64,000 nt of DNA from Ruditapes philippinarum (lineage: Eukaryota), in the NCBI RefSeq assembly GCF_026571515.1, contig NW_026852967.1:1-64000 (forward strand). The letters are read 5' to 3'. The notes under the pieces were generated by a model. That model did not search any database. It saw only the letters and a program-made list of their open reading frames with translations, and had not been told where the DNA came from. How positions within the stretch are numbered: the first letter of the stretch is position 1; each line of letters begins with the position of its first letter. The position numbers and the translations under genes are program-made. Of this stretch, positions 1-12,670 are shown piece after piece.

Positions 1-626
1 GGTCAACTCGGCCCACTTTTAAAAAAGGGTAAAGGACATCAAAGGACTCCTATTGTCACGGGCTATTATTATCAATCAATGTGTATGTTAAAGATACCGA
101 GTAATTAGGTGATAATTATGATTGACTTATTCATTCAAATTTGATTAGTGACCACGTGCAATTAATTAGAAGCTTATGCTTTTAAGTAAACACGTTTTTG
201 TTTCATTTTTTTTTTTTTTGAAAATTACTTTACAAACAAAATGCATCTAAGGAAACACATTTTTATTATATCTATATTCACAGGCACAAGTATCGTACCT
301 GGGAAGAAAAAATATGAAGTTATTTTATCAATCTGTTCATGTTTTTTCTTCCCAGGTTCGATAATCGTGCCTGTGTCTATATTAATTTTATCGAATCTGC
401 AAGACAAGTAAATAACTTTTTTTCTAAATATACTTTATTTCAGCAGAAGTACAATGTATAATTATATAATGATAATAAGATATTTCTTATTATTCATTTA
501 CCTTAACAACATGCAAAGCAAAGTAAATACGTTATAGGCCTATATATTTTTGTAAAGTGGGCCGAGTTGACCCGTGCCGAGTTGACCCGTGCCGAGTTGG
601 TATAGGGCCGAGTTGACTCTTTTCCC
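1..626. mobile_element. Non-autonomous DNA element (MITE-like) with subterminal 15-bp repeats; left end is outside the window
   Basis: 1-19 GGTCAACTCGGCCCACTTT is the reverse complement of 554-572. That copy is followed by further GCCGAGTTG(AC) units at 15-17 bp spacing up to about 617. No coding capacity. Confidence 0.6.
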
Positions 627-841
627 TAGGGACTGGTTCCCGGATTCCCTTGTATCTTAAAGCTGTTTCTTAAATGTATACAATGTATACCTGCTTAGAG
701 TGATCGAAAACGATTTTAAAGCAGTATAATGTAGAAAAAAAAATAAAATATTTTCCCTTCTTTCTCTACGTAAAATTTCCCCCCTGCCTCTGAAAAAATA
801 GGAGTGAATTCTCCCCCCCCCCCCTCCTAGAATAAACACTG

Positions 842-903
842 ATATACGCTCATTATACTATATATAAAGAATATTCTTTATATATAGTATTATGAGCGTA
901 TAT
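842..903. repeat. 62-bp near-perfect palindrome
   Basis: ATATACGCTCATTATACTATATATAAAGAAT|ATTCTTTATATATAGTATTATGAGCGTATAT: one mismatch, no loop. Confidence 0.9.
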
Positions 904-1397
904 GGGTAAAATAATTGTGTCTAGTGCCTGTGAGTGGGGAGGTCACGAGGGGTCCCTGTGTGTCCAGTAACACTTTCCGCGTATTTGTTCCGTTCGCTTT
1001 TCGGTATAATTTCTAACAAAATTGACAATAATAGAATTAAACATACAGGGTATCTTAAGCTTATTTACGGGTCTATACTTACACGAAAAGAGAGTTGGTT
1101 TGTTTCTCGTGTTGAAAGATGATGTCTTCCAATTTTTGAAGGGAGTTTGAACCAGAAAAATGGTATTTTTTCTGGACTATTTCCCGCGCCTCTGTTTTGG
1201 AAGCCTCCATCTTGTTTTTCTGTGATGTCATAAGCATGTGACTTCGAAACTCCGCCTCCTCCAGGAAAGGGATGTCAGAAAGTGATTACCTTAAAATTAA
1301 CAGGCAACCGTGCGTTTGTTAAATAACCCTGTGGCTACTACATTTGAAACAATTTAGTTTGAAATCGAGACGGCTATCCAGAAATACAGATGCAATA

Positions 1398-4300
1398 ATG
1401 AATCTGGTCAAGTTGTCATGCTTACATCATGTAGAAATGCCTATACTTGGTCGTGAGTATAAAAACTTGTTATTGTTACTCGTCAAAATTATCCCGGACT
1501 TTCTACACGATATTCGAATTTTTCTTTGGTCACTGTAAAATTTTATAACAAAGAGTAAATTATCAATTTTGTACAAAAATATAGAGTATGTTTAAACTAA
1601 CGCCAATTTATTTAAACAAAGCCCCAGTATTAACTCGGGAATAGCAGGGATTTTGATATTTTTTACCAAATTGCTCTATCATTCACTCACTCACATACAT
1701 GTAAGCCTAGTCCTTGCATTAATGTCAAATTCCTGGTAGGGACGTAGATATGTCTGCACGTCAAAGTAGCAAAAAGTTAAAGAGTTGTTTTAAAGAGGAT
1801 AAAAGAAGAATATTAAAATTGTTAAAAAGAGGAGGCTTGAAAATTTGCATGAGACATCTTCAATACACTGCACTGAACTGCTCTGGGGCAGAGAACAGGG
1901 CTACTGCAGGGGATAGGGGTGTCAGATATTCTTCTAGGGGGATAACAACCAGACCATGGTGAATCTTGTAGGAAATGGATAACTAGCTTCTATACGTCTT
2001 GAGTTCCAGTTTTCAAAGCTTAAAGAAATTAGCCCAGTTATATTGCTCTTTAATATTCACTACAGATACATTTGTATTTTGTTATAGCATACATGTAGTC
2101 TAAACTTTAATCATTACAAAGTTTAAAATGAATTTATGTGTAAACATATTTCAGTTGGTACATTCAAGCTTAAAGGGAAAGATCTTATGTATAAAACTTT
2201 GGAAACAGCCCTTGCAGCAGGATATAGATCTATAGGTAATGATTCAGTTTGACATTTCTGTATATGGCTTTTGGTAAACCTTACCAGCTATACTTTTCAG
2301 TATTATCACTTTAAGTATAATGGTAGGTACAATGCACCATATTTGTTACCCATAATTATGAATACTTCTTAGAGTTTAAAAAGTATTTCAAATGATTTAA
2401 ACCTGTTATAGCTTACTTGTGGCAACAAAATTTATCCTTCAACCAAGATCAGCTGTTTGATTTGATTTGATTTGATTGATTGATGGATGGATTGATTGAT
2501 TGATTGACTTATTTAATTAGTTATATAGGTGGGTATATTGTACTAGGTTGCTTGTGTGTTTGTCTCCTATTTTGTTAGTTATTTTGATTAAATTATTTAT
2601 TTTGTGATTTATTTCAGATACTGCTGCAGTGTACAGAAATGAGAGTGACATTGGAGACTGCTTGAAAGAACTTCTTCCAAAGTTCAATCTGGAAAGGAAG
2701 GACATTTTTATAACTAGTAAATTAGGTAATTAATCAGGTTTCAACAGCTCTATTACCATCTGTTTAGCTCAATAGGTAATAGCATTGGTCTGTGAATTGG
2801 GTAATCCAAATTTGATTCCCAGACTGTGCAGGTCCCTTTCATTATGTTTGATTATAAAATTCTTCCTACTGTCATTCGCACTGTACCTGTGCTCTGGCAT
2901 GCACAGAAGTTAAATGATCAGTTCCTTAAGAAAATGGAGGCAACTAGTACATGTACTTGTAAACTGCTTGACAGCATGCACAGGAATAATGCGGTGACTG
3001 AACTTTGCTCTGGTATTAAATTCTATGTGGCTTACTGTCATGATTTGTAGTGACACCTACCAATACCACTACCACCTAGTAAAGTAATGGCAAAAAGGTA
3101 AATCAGCACAACATCTATTTTATTTATAATTTCACTTCCCAACCAAAGAAGTCAATACAGTTTTCAGTATGCCATGTGTCTTTTAAGTATGCCATGATAA
3201 TTTTCCACAAGATTATTGCGAGAATAAACCAGTTCAAATTTTGATGAAGTAAAACTGAAAGCCATGCCAGTTTGCTTCGTAATATTTTCTATTACTTCTA
3301 TTGTAGTGTTGTTTAAATATAAAATTGTAAGGATATATCTATTTACAGAAGTAAACTTTTGATTATCTGTGTAATTAAGTTTAAATGGTTAAAAAAAGGA
3401 AGTGGTTTTCTACAGTCTGCCTCTCAACCCAGGGGTTTATACTGATTAAAGTCCCACAGTGACTGAAGTCACAACCATGTTTCCTGATATTACACCAGAG
3501 TTCTGGTTAGTTGAAGGAAGCAGTCTGATACTAAATTGAGTTGATGATAACTGTTAGTTGAAACTTAAAAACTGACTTGCTATATAGATAGTTCCCAATT
3601 TTTACAATATTTACCTCCCTTCCCAAAGTGGCTGCCATTTTTGGTGATCATTATTCTATATAGTATAAAATGTATAATTGACGAAATATGAAAAATCAAT
3701 ATAAACAGCTTAATTAGATGAATTGTCAAATTCTTTTATAGAAATGAAAGAAAATATTAAAGCACCAAAATGTAAAAGATAATTTATCATTTTTCATGAA
3801 GATGATAGAATTATGAAAGATTTTTATCTTATATAGGGAATGTAATATATTGGGAATGACTCTCAAAATGGTGACCAGGGGAGGTAAAAATTGCTAGGTT
3901 ATAAAGCATCTATTATTGAACTCTTACAGGACCTAAAGATCAAGGTAAAGGTAAATGTAAGGAAGCTTGCTTGAGGTCAATAGAAAATTTACAGACTGGT
4001 TACCTTGATTTATACTTGATACACTGGCCTGGAACTCAAGGCAAGAAACCTGAGGACCAGTCAAATATTCAGCAGAGACAGGAAAGCTGGAATGATCTTG
4101 AAGATCTTCATAAAGAAGGTAAATTCTTGTATTTTTTTCATAGACATGAAAACCCTATTTTAATTTTCAGATTTTACACTGGAGTCGGTCACATATACAT
4201 GATATACATGTATAATTATGCAATGAAAAGTTTAAGCCAATCTTATTTAGTTTGACAACAAAAGTTCTTCAGATTTTTAGTTGCGGCAGGGTCTTACAAA

Positions 4301-7300
4301 ATGAATAGTCTGGAAACAGCCCATGTAAACCCTTCTGGCTACAATTAAACATGTCTCGCTATAACTCAGAATCGTTTGCTATATGTGTTGAAGAAAAGGG
4401 CGAAAATTAAATACAACAGCAAAAAAGAAAATTCTAACAACATGGTTTGAAAGACCCTTGTTTAAAACCCCATAGAAGCAGTTGTCTTCTGTTCATGCAC
4501 AATGTATCTGTTATAACATGAGCTGCCTTTATTATATTATTGAACTAGATCCGGGAAGAGTTAAAAGCTTTTAAATCTTCCCAGATTAGATTGTGTAAAC
4601 ATGTGCAGCATTCATAGTGGATTCGCTAACTTATCTATTGAGTTATTCCCCATGTTATTTTCAAGTAGAAGCAAAAAAGAGAAAAAATTGAAAAGATTTA
4701 ACTGATTATAATAAGTAAACATTCAATTACAGATGTTTGAACTTTTTGGTGTGGTTATGGGGAAACATCCAATACATACATGTAACACACAGATAAATAG
4801 AGGATATTGAATGAGTGAAGGTTCAGTACCAAACTTATTGAACAAGTTGAATAAAATCATATTGTGCAAGCCTGTGGCTAGCATAGTATTGTTTTATTCA
4901 ACAAGTTCAATATATTTAGTATTAAATGTAAAAGAATATAATCTTCTATTTATCACATTTCAAAATATATTATTATTAATTCATGATGAAAACTGGGTAA
5001 AGGTAGACTTTTTCTTGGTAACAGCAAGTAAAATTGATACCAGCCAAATAGGTGGCAGCAATTTTGTGAAAGGTCATGTGCAAATTTCAGTTGTAAATTA
5101 CATGTAGAATATTACAAAAAAAATTATTGTAGGTCTTGTTTGTGGGTTAATTTATACAAGTTTATTCCATTTGGCATTTTTCAGGTAAACTTCGAGCTAT
5201 AGGAGTATCCAACTATGAGCAGAGACATCTAGAAGAGCTCCTGTCCACTTGTTCTATCCCTCCAGCTGTACTTCAGGTATGTCATATCATTACAGGTGTA
5301 TCATATCATTACAGGTATATTATATCATTACAGGTAGGTTTATCATTACATGAATATCACATCATTATAGGTATATAATGTCATAGGTATATCACATCAT
5401 TACAGTTATGTGATATCATTTTAGGTATATCATATCATTACAGGTATATCATTATAGTAATGTCATATCATACAAGAAAAGTTTCCTTCATTCTTGTAGG
5501 CTCATGTAGGTTAAGTTGAGGAAGACTTATTTCTATATAGTTGCGTGATGTCCGTGGCCGAGTGGTTAACATTTTTGACTTCTAACCACTTGTTCCTCAC
5601 AGCTGTGGTTTAGTTCCCAAGAGGGACTTTGTATTATTTCATGTGAGCAAGTTATCCAGCTAGCTTAGGGAACATCGGTGGTTCTACTTGGGTGCCTGTT
5701 TGTGCCTGAAATAATGTACAGAAGGGCACCTGATGTCTTTCTCCTACAATCAGTAAACTAAAGTTGCCATATGTAAAACCCAACCAAAAGAAATCTATAT
5801 ATGACATTGCATTTTGATGTAATTAATATGTTAAAATTGGCATTAAAACCAACCAAAAATGTCAAACAAAAAAGATAAACGATCTGGCTTAACCCTTTAC
5901 TCCATAGATACGTGTTTTAACGCATATGCGACCAGTGCAGATCCAGATTAGCCTGCACATCCTGATCAGGATCTCCACTGTTTCTATTTTATATCCATAA
6001 AAGAATTTCTGACTGAAAAGAGAACAGTGGAGATCCTGATCAGACTGCATGGATGTGCAGGCTGATCTGGCTCTGCACTGGTCGCATATGCGTTAAAACA
6101 TGTATTCATGGGGTAAAGGGTTAAGTAGTAACTCCATTTAGACTTACAATAGACGAGGCAAGATAAGTGAACCTGTGACAAGCTTAATAACATTTCTAGG
6201 ACAGGCTTTATACATTTTATACATTAAATGAACATGAATGTTTATCAAGGGTAAGTTCTAAAGTAAAGCTCTATCCCAACACAATTCTAACACTCTGCTG
6301 TGAGGGACACATGCTTTGAAGCCAATGGCCTTTACCACTTTGCCACTGACGCCCCTAAAAGCCAAATCAATGTACATTAAATCAACAGATGCTCATTTAC
6401 AACACAAAGTTTAAGCCTTTTTCATCTCAGGATTTCAGAAAATCTTAATAACCATTAAAAATGATTACATGATCATATTTTTGATGCCTAACTTGTAAGA
6501 TATTGACACCTGTCAATTATAGACTTGGATGTTGCAATTATGACATTTTATAATAAATATGGGATATATAAAGAAAACAGTGACGGTTCAAATATTTACA
6601 TTGAAACCAAACCAAAGTTACCTAAGGTCTTTCTCCACCAGTAAAGCTGGGACATCGCTATATGACCTATACTGTGTCGGTGTGACGTAAAACCCAATCA
6701 AACAAACAACAAACAAACATCATTTGATAAATAGTAGAAAGATAGATGAATGGAATGTCTTCTATATATTACAGATAGAGTTTCATCCTCATCTTGTACA
6801 GAGTTCACTAGTATCATTCTGTAAACAACATAACATACATTTCCAGGCATATTCTTCACTAGGGACAACTTCAGATGATAATAAAGTAAGTCCTTTTTGT
6901 ATAATTATGTGACCAAAAAAAAACCATCTGTAATTTCCACGTGCTCAACAATCACAAGTTCACAACTTCTGATTTGTACCAAATGTGACAGTCTAACATT
7001 TTTCTTTGTATTGGTATATCATGATGCAGGATCCATAAATATATCATTATTAGACAAGCGTGTATGGCTTTTTAATGTGCCATCACGGAACAACATAAGT
7101 ATTTTATTTCTTTGTTTGATTTTCAGTGGGGGGGGGGGGGGGGGGTCCCAGTTTTAAAACATATTTTGGGGGTTGATCTACCTTATTGGTTTTCTGGATA
7201 ATAAACCAGTAATTGCCTACATTTCCACAAGTAACAAGTGGTGTCAGAGAGGCAAATGATCATTAGGCTCAATATCACTGAAAATATATGTGTGGCCTGA

Positions 7301-8503
7301 AAGTCAAACCAACAACACCTGGCTTACTAATGCAGTCCTCTCCCTATTGGGCTAAGTGGGCTGACTGCAAAAGTATTTTTACCAAGGGTCAAATGTTATC
7401 AGTTATCATCAATACTTTATAACTTAACTGTTTTTACTTGTATACCAATCAAAACATAAGTGCTCTGATTTCAAACTTTTAGGGAAAATCTATCTTACAA
7501 ACCTATGACCAGTAGAAGCGTAAAATATAATTTCAAGCATCGAAATCTGTTTGTTTTACAAAGAAATTAAAGTTTATACAGTCAAGTTATTAATTTATTT
7601 ATCACACTCTGACGTAAAAGAATTGTAATCTTATAGCTAAAGAACTTTTTTAGTTTCTACTAATGTATCTGAATGAATATTTAGCTACACATCTTTCTTT
7701 TTCTCAAAATGTTCAGAAGTGGCATGCATACATGTAGGTAAGTGGCCTGATTTTTAAGGTTGGCTTATTGACCAATTTTATCTGTGTTTATAAATAAAGA
7801 TTCATTACTGCTTTCAGTTGTTAACTGATCTAACAGTTGCTGATATAGCAGCTAGATACGATAAAAATCCTGCACAGATTCTACTAAGATGGGCTATACA
7901 ACAAGATATAGGTATATACTAGTATACCAATTTGTAATGCATGTATTTTCCATAGTATACCAATTTGTATTGCATGTATTTTCCATAATACACCAAATTG
8001 TAATGCATGTATTTTCCATAGTATACCAAATTGTAATGCATGTATTTTCCACAGTATACCAATTTTATAATGCATGTATTTTCAATCTTTCTGACTTTAG
8101 ACTACACCAGATTTTATGGTTTTCGTCTTGTGACCTCGGGAGAGCTTCTTTAAAACCAGTGTTATGATCATTTTAGAATGGTTGCACTGATATCTGGCAG
8201 GCTAACAATGGTATCAGTCAATCACTGTTTTGTAAACCTATTTATAAATATCTTCATCATTGAAAACACTTAGTGATTTACATTTGTTTTTTTTTTAACA
8301 AATTTTTGTAGAAAATTAAGTTTAAAAATGTGTTAATTCATTGAATTTCTATTTCAGGTGTCATTCCAAAGTCTACTAATCCTACCCATATTAAAGAAAA
8401 CATAGATATATTCTCATTCAGTCTGGCTGAATCAGATATGTGCAAGCTCAGCAACCTTGATAGTCAACACCATTACTGCTGGAACCCGGCCTCTGTCACC
8501 TGA
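1398..8503 (+). CDS. Aldo-keto reductase family protein (glyoxal reductase/AKR5-like), 8 coding exons
   Basis: Exons 1398-1452, 2155-2235, 2618-2725, 3930-4118, 5185-5276, 6775-6885, 7818-7911, 8358-8503. All introns are GT-AG and phase-compatible. The protein has MPILGLGTF, GYRSIDTAAVYRNE, IFITSKL, YLDLYLIHWP, AIGVSNY, QIEFHP, QAYSSLG, AQILLRWAIQ and VIPKS..HIKEN. The catalytic tetrad Asp-Tyr-Lys-His is intact. Confidence 0.93.
2456..2507. repeat. (TTTGA)n/(TTGA)n microsatellite in AKR intron 2
   Basis: tttgatttgatttgatttgattgattgatggatggattgattgattga read directly. Confidence 0.8.
5277..5472 (+). repeat. About 19-bp tandem repeat starting exactly at the AKR exon-5 donor site
   Basis: Units gtatgtcatatcattacag, gtgtatcatatcattacag, gtatattatatcattacag and so on; about 10 decaying copies. 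Confidence 0.85.
5549..5790 (+). mobile_element. tRNA-derived SINE (family 1), degenerate
   Basis: A-box TGGCCGAGTGG; the body matches the copies at 44062 and 48020 (…gtggttctact…gtgcctgaaataatg…). Confidence 0.8.
5893..6120. mobile_element. piggyBac-type MITE with long TIRs
   Basis: TTAA|CCCTTTAC…GTAAAGGG|TTAA, with TSDs at 5889-5892 and 6121-6124. Arms of about 90-100 bp are inverted (TTTTAACGCATATGCGACCAGTGCAGA / TCTGCACTGGTCGCATATGCGTTAAAA). Confidence 0.88.
6620..6720 (+). mobile_element. 3' fragment of family-1 SINE with (AAAC)n tail
   Basis: ccaccagtaaagctgg…tatgacctatactgtgtcggtgtgacgtaaaacccaa matches the 3' end of the copy at 48020. Confidence 0.75.
7921..8086 (+). repeat. 33-bp tandem repeat x5 just inside AKR intron 7
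   Basis: Unit agtataccaatttgtaatgcatgtattttccat at 7921, 7954, 7987, 8020 and 8053. Confidence 0.9.
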
Positions 8504-8664
8504 TTAACGTTTACTCAGCCAGGTGCCAGATGTCATTTCTACTTGAACCCAGCCTCGTTTACTTGAATAATGTTAACTCAGCCAGGAGCCAGACGTCATT
8601 ACTGCTGCAACCCAGCATCTGTTACCTGATTGATGGTTAACTTAGCCAGGAGCCAGATGTCATT
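8471..8664 (+). repeat. About 63-bp tandem triplication spanning the AKR stop codon
   Basis: catt…aaccc(a/g)gc…tga…agccagg(t/a)gccaga(t/c)gt occurs three times; the first copy encodes HYCWNPASVT*. Confidence 0.85.
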
Positions 8665-9595
8665 AGACTTTTGATAAGTGATATCATGTCACAAGTTGTT
8701 AAATACAGTGTAAAGATGCTAAACCATTTGCAAACCATTAAAAAACAAGCGGAGAACTTTAAGCATATTGTGTTCTTTCTTTGTCTGATTCTCAGTAGAT
8801 CATTTTAAATTTAGTCATAGCCAAAGTTGTCATTCTAAGTGCTCCATCTTGAAATATATAATAACTTAGTTATCCTTAAATAGACCATGGCTTTAACTGT
8901 AATCTTAGCCGTGAATAGACTGAGATAGGAAAATCTACATGTGTTTGTTATGGACATTATTTTATCTTTTTATTGGGTTTTAAATAGCATCAGCATTGCC
9001 ATGGTCAAAGAGTAAGTTTAGTTATAGAAAAATGCTGCAAACATGGCTCTGTGCAGGTAGAAACAATGAAATTATGCAATTATATTTGTTGGGGGGTGAG
9101 GGTAAAAGTTGCATGATACATCTCAGTCATATCTGTTCCAATCATTGACCATTCTTTAATAAATATCTTCTTTAAGTTTGACTTGTTCTTGTGACTTGTT
9201 CTTGTCTGTTTCATTATACTCCCTTAGAAACATTTATATTTACAGTCGGATTTGGTTTTGAGACATCTATGGAGTATCGATCAGTTTTCAATTTAGGTAT
9301 TTTAATTACATATACACGTTCTTGGTTTTTCCAGGTATATATACCATATACCTGGTTTTTCGTACGACTATCAGACTATTCTTAGTTTGCTTGAAGTGAG
9401 TCTGATAACACATTTGGAAGTTTTACATTATCTAATTTATTTCCATTATACTTGTATTTAATTCCAATGTATTACATCTTTGTTTTAGTAAAATTTACGC
9501 ACTTTAGATAGGGAAGGCAAGACATATATGCAAAGAAATGAACCGTAATTACTTTTAACCTTTATTATTTCATGATATTTTAAATGGAATTTGCT

Positions 9596-10580
9596 TTTTA
9601 GCTCGACTTTTCTATGAAAAGGGGAGCTATCCTACTCGCCCCGGCGTCGGCGTCGGCGTCAGCGTTGGCGTCACACCTTGGTTAAGTTTTTCGTACCACC
9701 CCACTTTATTTCAGAAGTATTACAAGTATGGCTTTGAAACTTACCATACTTGTTCACCATCATAACCTCCATCTACAGACAAGAGTACATAACTCTGTCA
9801 AGGTTTTTGACAGAATTATGGCCCTTTTTTGACTTAGAAAGTGTATTGAGCTTGGTTAAGTTTTTTGTACCACCTCACTTTATTTCAAAACCATTGGAGG
9901 TATTGCTTTGAAACTGACCATACTTGTTTACCATCACGACCTTCATCAACAGACAAGAGGACATAACTCTGTCAAGGTTTTTGACAGAATTATGCCCCTT
10001 TTTGACTTAGAAAATACATTGAATATGGGTAAAATCCACTTATTGCCCTAACCCTTTGAGATATTGCTTTGAAACTTTTAATGCTATTTCACATCATTAC
10101 CCCCATCTGTACGCAAGAGAAGGTAACTCTGTCAAGGATTTGTTTTAAAAATTAAGGCCTTTTATCGACTTAGAATCTTGGTTAAGTTTTTAGTACCAGT
10201 CCACTTTTTGACTGAACTGTTTGAGATATTAATTTGAAAGTTGGAATACTTGTTTACAATCATGATTCCCAAACATGTCCAGGAGAAGGTAATTCTGTCA
10301 AAGATTTTATTTGAATTATGGCCCTTAACTGTCAATGTTTTGTATTATAGGCAAGCACTAAAAAACTTAAAAAATCTAAAAAAATTCATTCCTATCCACT
10401 TGTTCACTTTACCATAAATTATGTCATAATAAAATAATTCTTCACTAAATATCTTAATGCTCATGGCCATTGTTCACTTTAAAAATACAGAGATTCTTGT
10501 ATTGCCTTTTACTGCAAAAACTTTTTTTATTGGCAAGCAATAAAAAAGTCGAGCGCGCTGTCTTACGGACAGCTCTTGTT
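9596..10580 (+). mobile_element. Helentron/HINE-type non-autonomous element with internal tandem repeats of about 170 bp
   Basis: 5' TTTTTAGCTCGACTTTT and 3' AAAAGTCGAGC subterminal inverted repeat; (GGCGTC)n microsatellite; about 4 repeats (TTGGTTAAGTTTTT..GTACCA at 9678, 9852, 10178 and one degenerate copy); 3' hairpin GCTGTC-ttacg-GACAGC followed by TCTTGTT. Confidence 0.82.
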
Positions 10581-10656
10581 ATACATGAATATTATCTGAA
10601 AAACGATGTTTTACAGCACCTACATATTTAATTGAGAACGTTACTTTAACATCGCA

Positions 10657-12670
10657 TTAAGCTTCAAAAACATGCATTTCATTTGAGCAGTTTGAAGATA
10701 TTAGGCACTTTGAAGAAAACGAGTCATAAACAATCGCCTGGGGATTTATGACATTATCTGATTCCTTTACCAGAATCTCGCAGCTTTTCATGTCTTCATT
10801 TACCCGGAGAACGTTGTTTGATGCATATCCACAGACAATAAGGTCACCCGCATGATCAACGCAAATGCCACGTGCTTCCGCCAATTGTTGTGACGTAAAT
10901 GAATTCAAGTATTGTCCGTCAACAGTTATTGTAATGATTCCTTTATAATTATCAGCTATATATATTTTCGTTTCGTCTGCACTGATAGCCAAGTACATCG
11001 GTTGCGGTGAAACTATTTTTCCGTCTCTATCCTTAGTAAAAGACCTCAAAAAGACTCCTGTAGAATAAATAAAAAAAACAATGTAAAATATATATACATT
11101 TTAAAGATGAAGCATTTACGTTGTACATGAATTTATTACACTTACTCATATCTTAGAATATAGATGTGTAAACATAAATACCTTTTGTGCTATAAACACG
11201 TATTTGCCCGAGACCTTCGTCGGCATAAGAGCCACCTCCACATGCAACAAAAAGCTCCTCTTTCTCTCTACTGTAAACTATACCCCGACAATATTCTCCT
11301 AAAGATATATCAGTCGTCAGTTGTATATTACAGTTTCCGATCTGGTACAGATTGACTACCTTATCTCGGACCATTGACACGGCAAATTCGTCATCTGTTA
11401 TACAACATATACTAAAAGGTTCAAATGTGCGTTGATCATCAGAGTTTTCAATGTCAACTTTCAAGTCAAATGTTTTAATGATATTTAAATCAGTATCTAA
11501 AATCTTGATATTCTTATTTTCTGCGTCTAGTATTAGAAAATGTCCCGAACTTGTCTGGATAGCATCTTGTATGTCGCATGTTGCACCATCGTCCTCCACA
11601 TGAACAGAGAAACCAGTCATCTTTACACGAGAGGCGCTTTTTGCACCTGTTGATCTCTTACACGTGCCAATACTTTTTAAAGAACAAACATACTTTTCTA
11701 GATGTTGATTTGCGACAAAATTTACTGATGTAATATTTCTTTTATCCCGTAATGATTCGCGTATTTGCTTCATGTCTTTCAAAAGTTTCTGTCCATTCAA
11801 AATATTCAAGTTAGATTCAGCTAGATTTTTATTAGATTTTTCCTCTGAGTATCTTATTTGTTTCAGACCCATGTCTAACAAAGTTATAGAAGCTTCCGAT
11901 TGTCTCAAGTCTGATTCTATAGCGTCATCTTCTTTAATACACTCTGTGTTAATTTCATCAACAGCAATTTTCTCTAGTTCATCAAATTTATCATTGACTT
12001 TCTTCCGTAAGTCACGAACATTTGACAGAGACTTGGCAGTGGATTTTCTCAACAGTGACCGGTCGTTTCTTCGTGATACGTTTAAATCTTTAAAGTTGTT
12101 GATCATTTCCTGTAGATCTTGAATAAGAACTTCGACGTTTGGTTGTGATTCTGTTTCACCAAATAATTGGTATAGGTCTTTTACGTTCTCACATGAACTG
12201 AAATGGTCGTGAAATTACATTATAACTGTGTGAATGCAAAGGAACATCCTTTAATTTCAATATTTAATATCTATTTAAGTACAAATTATTAGATTTCAAA
12301 GTTCAAAAAAGAAATAGCTCATAAACGTTTTTTTGAAGTTTTTGATGAAAGTTTTTAATTCTTACCTATGTTCGATTACTACGCATGCGCCGCAACATAA
12401 AATTTCATGATCCTCGCAATATGAATCAAGCTCATTGTCAGGGTGCCTTGTGCAATTATTTTCTGTTTTGCTTGCATTTTTGAGCCATTCTGGCATTTCA
12501 TCTCTGCTCAGTAGTTTATGTTGTTTTGAAACACTAGCAAACTGTTTTATATGTTGTCTTAGACAAGTCCTGCAGAAGTTCTCATTGCAATCGGCACAAT
12601 ATTTAACGGCATCAACTGTTTTATCATCTCTGACACATGGTGTGCAGAGAATTTTAGCTTCAACTGACAT
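10657..12670 (-). CDS. RING-less TRIM-like protein: B-box1, B-box2, coiled coil, NHL-like beta-propeller (573 aa), 3 exons
   Basis: Exons 12670-12366, 12197-11182 and 11057-10657 (1722 nt, GT-AG, in phase). B-box1 is CTPC…CADCNENFCRTC…H…H and B-box2 is CTRH…YCEDH..LCCGAC…H. These are followed by a heptad-rich region and propeller blades (ARGICVDHAGDLIVCGYASNNV). Confidence 0.9.

Noticed and set aside
7884-8167. Repetitive ORFs on both strands (GILWKIHALQ repeats)
   Set aside because: Products of the 33-bp intronic repeat.
10526-10531. HINE-donated AATAAA as the poly(A) signal of the TRIM-like gene
   Set aside because: An ATTAAA variant exists nearer the stop (10632-10627, minus strand); this cannot be decided without transcript data.
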